From assembly GCA_965153285.1 (NCBI GenBank), contig OZ229111.1: 64,000 nucleotides of DNA; one strand, 5' to 3'. A program made the position numbers and the translations under genes. Shown piece after piece: positions 63,787 through 64,000 of the stretch (positions are counted from its first letter, which is position 1; each line of letters starts with the position of its first letter). The notes below the pieces were generated by a model. That model was not told the DNA's origin. It searched no databases and was given only the letters and a program-made list of their open reading frames with translations. This DNA comes from Podarcis tiliguerta. Taxonomy: Eukaryota.

Positions 63787-64000
63787 TTAAGACAGATCTA
63801 AAGCAGTGTGCAATTGGGTAGTATACGGCCCAACTCCATTTTGTTTCAAGAGGGGCCTAAATCCTCTCACAGTTAACAGCCCAACCCAATGCACAGTTTA
63901 CTTAAAGCATATCTGACTAAATTTAATGGGACTTCCTCCCAGGTGAGTGTGCACAGGTTTGCACTCCAATTCTCTTCTAACCCACTTTGGTCCGTGACCA

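Overview
Vertebrate genomic DNA, most likely a lacertid lizard, judged from Squam1/Sauria, Squam2- and Squam3-type SINEs, L2/CR1/Penelope relics and many hAT and Tc1/mariner MITEs. Two complete protein-coding genes lie in tandem on the minus strand. CANX (calnexin) has a non-coding exon 1 in a CpG island at ~58.5-58.9 kb and 14 coding exons from 50912 to 35615 (609 aa). MAML1 (mastermind-like 1) has a CpG-island promoter at ~30-31 kb and 5 coding exons from 30296 to 10421 (1059 aa). All exon boundaries were read by hand; they are GT-AG and join in frame. The most unexpected feature is at 1-~5.5 kb, just 3' of MAML1: a heavily decayed, intron-containing, minus-strand gene with many ankyrin-repeat remnants, parts of which resemble ANKS3. 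It is broken by stops, frameshifts, a SINE and an L2, so the ORF track does not show it as a gene. Regulatory observations include a perfect ER-stress element upstream of CANX, two uORFs in the MAML1 leader, a NAGNAG acceptor, and MITE-borne CTCF-like and ZNF143-like motifs. No rRNA, functional tRNA or CRISPR features are supported.
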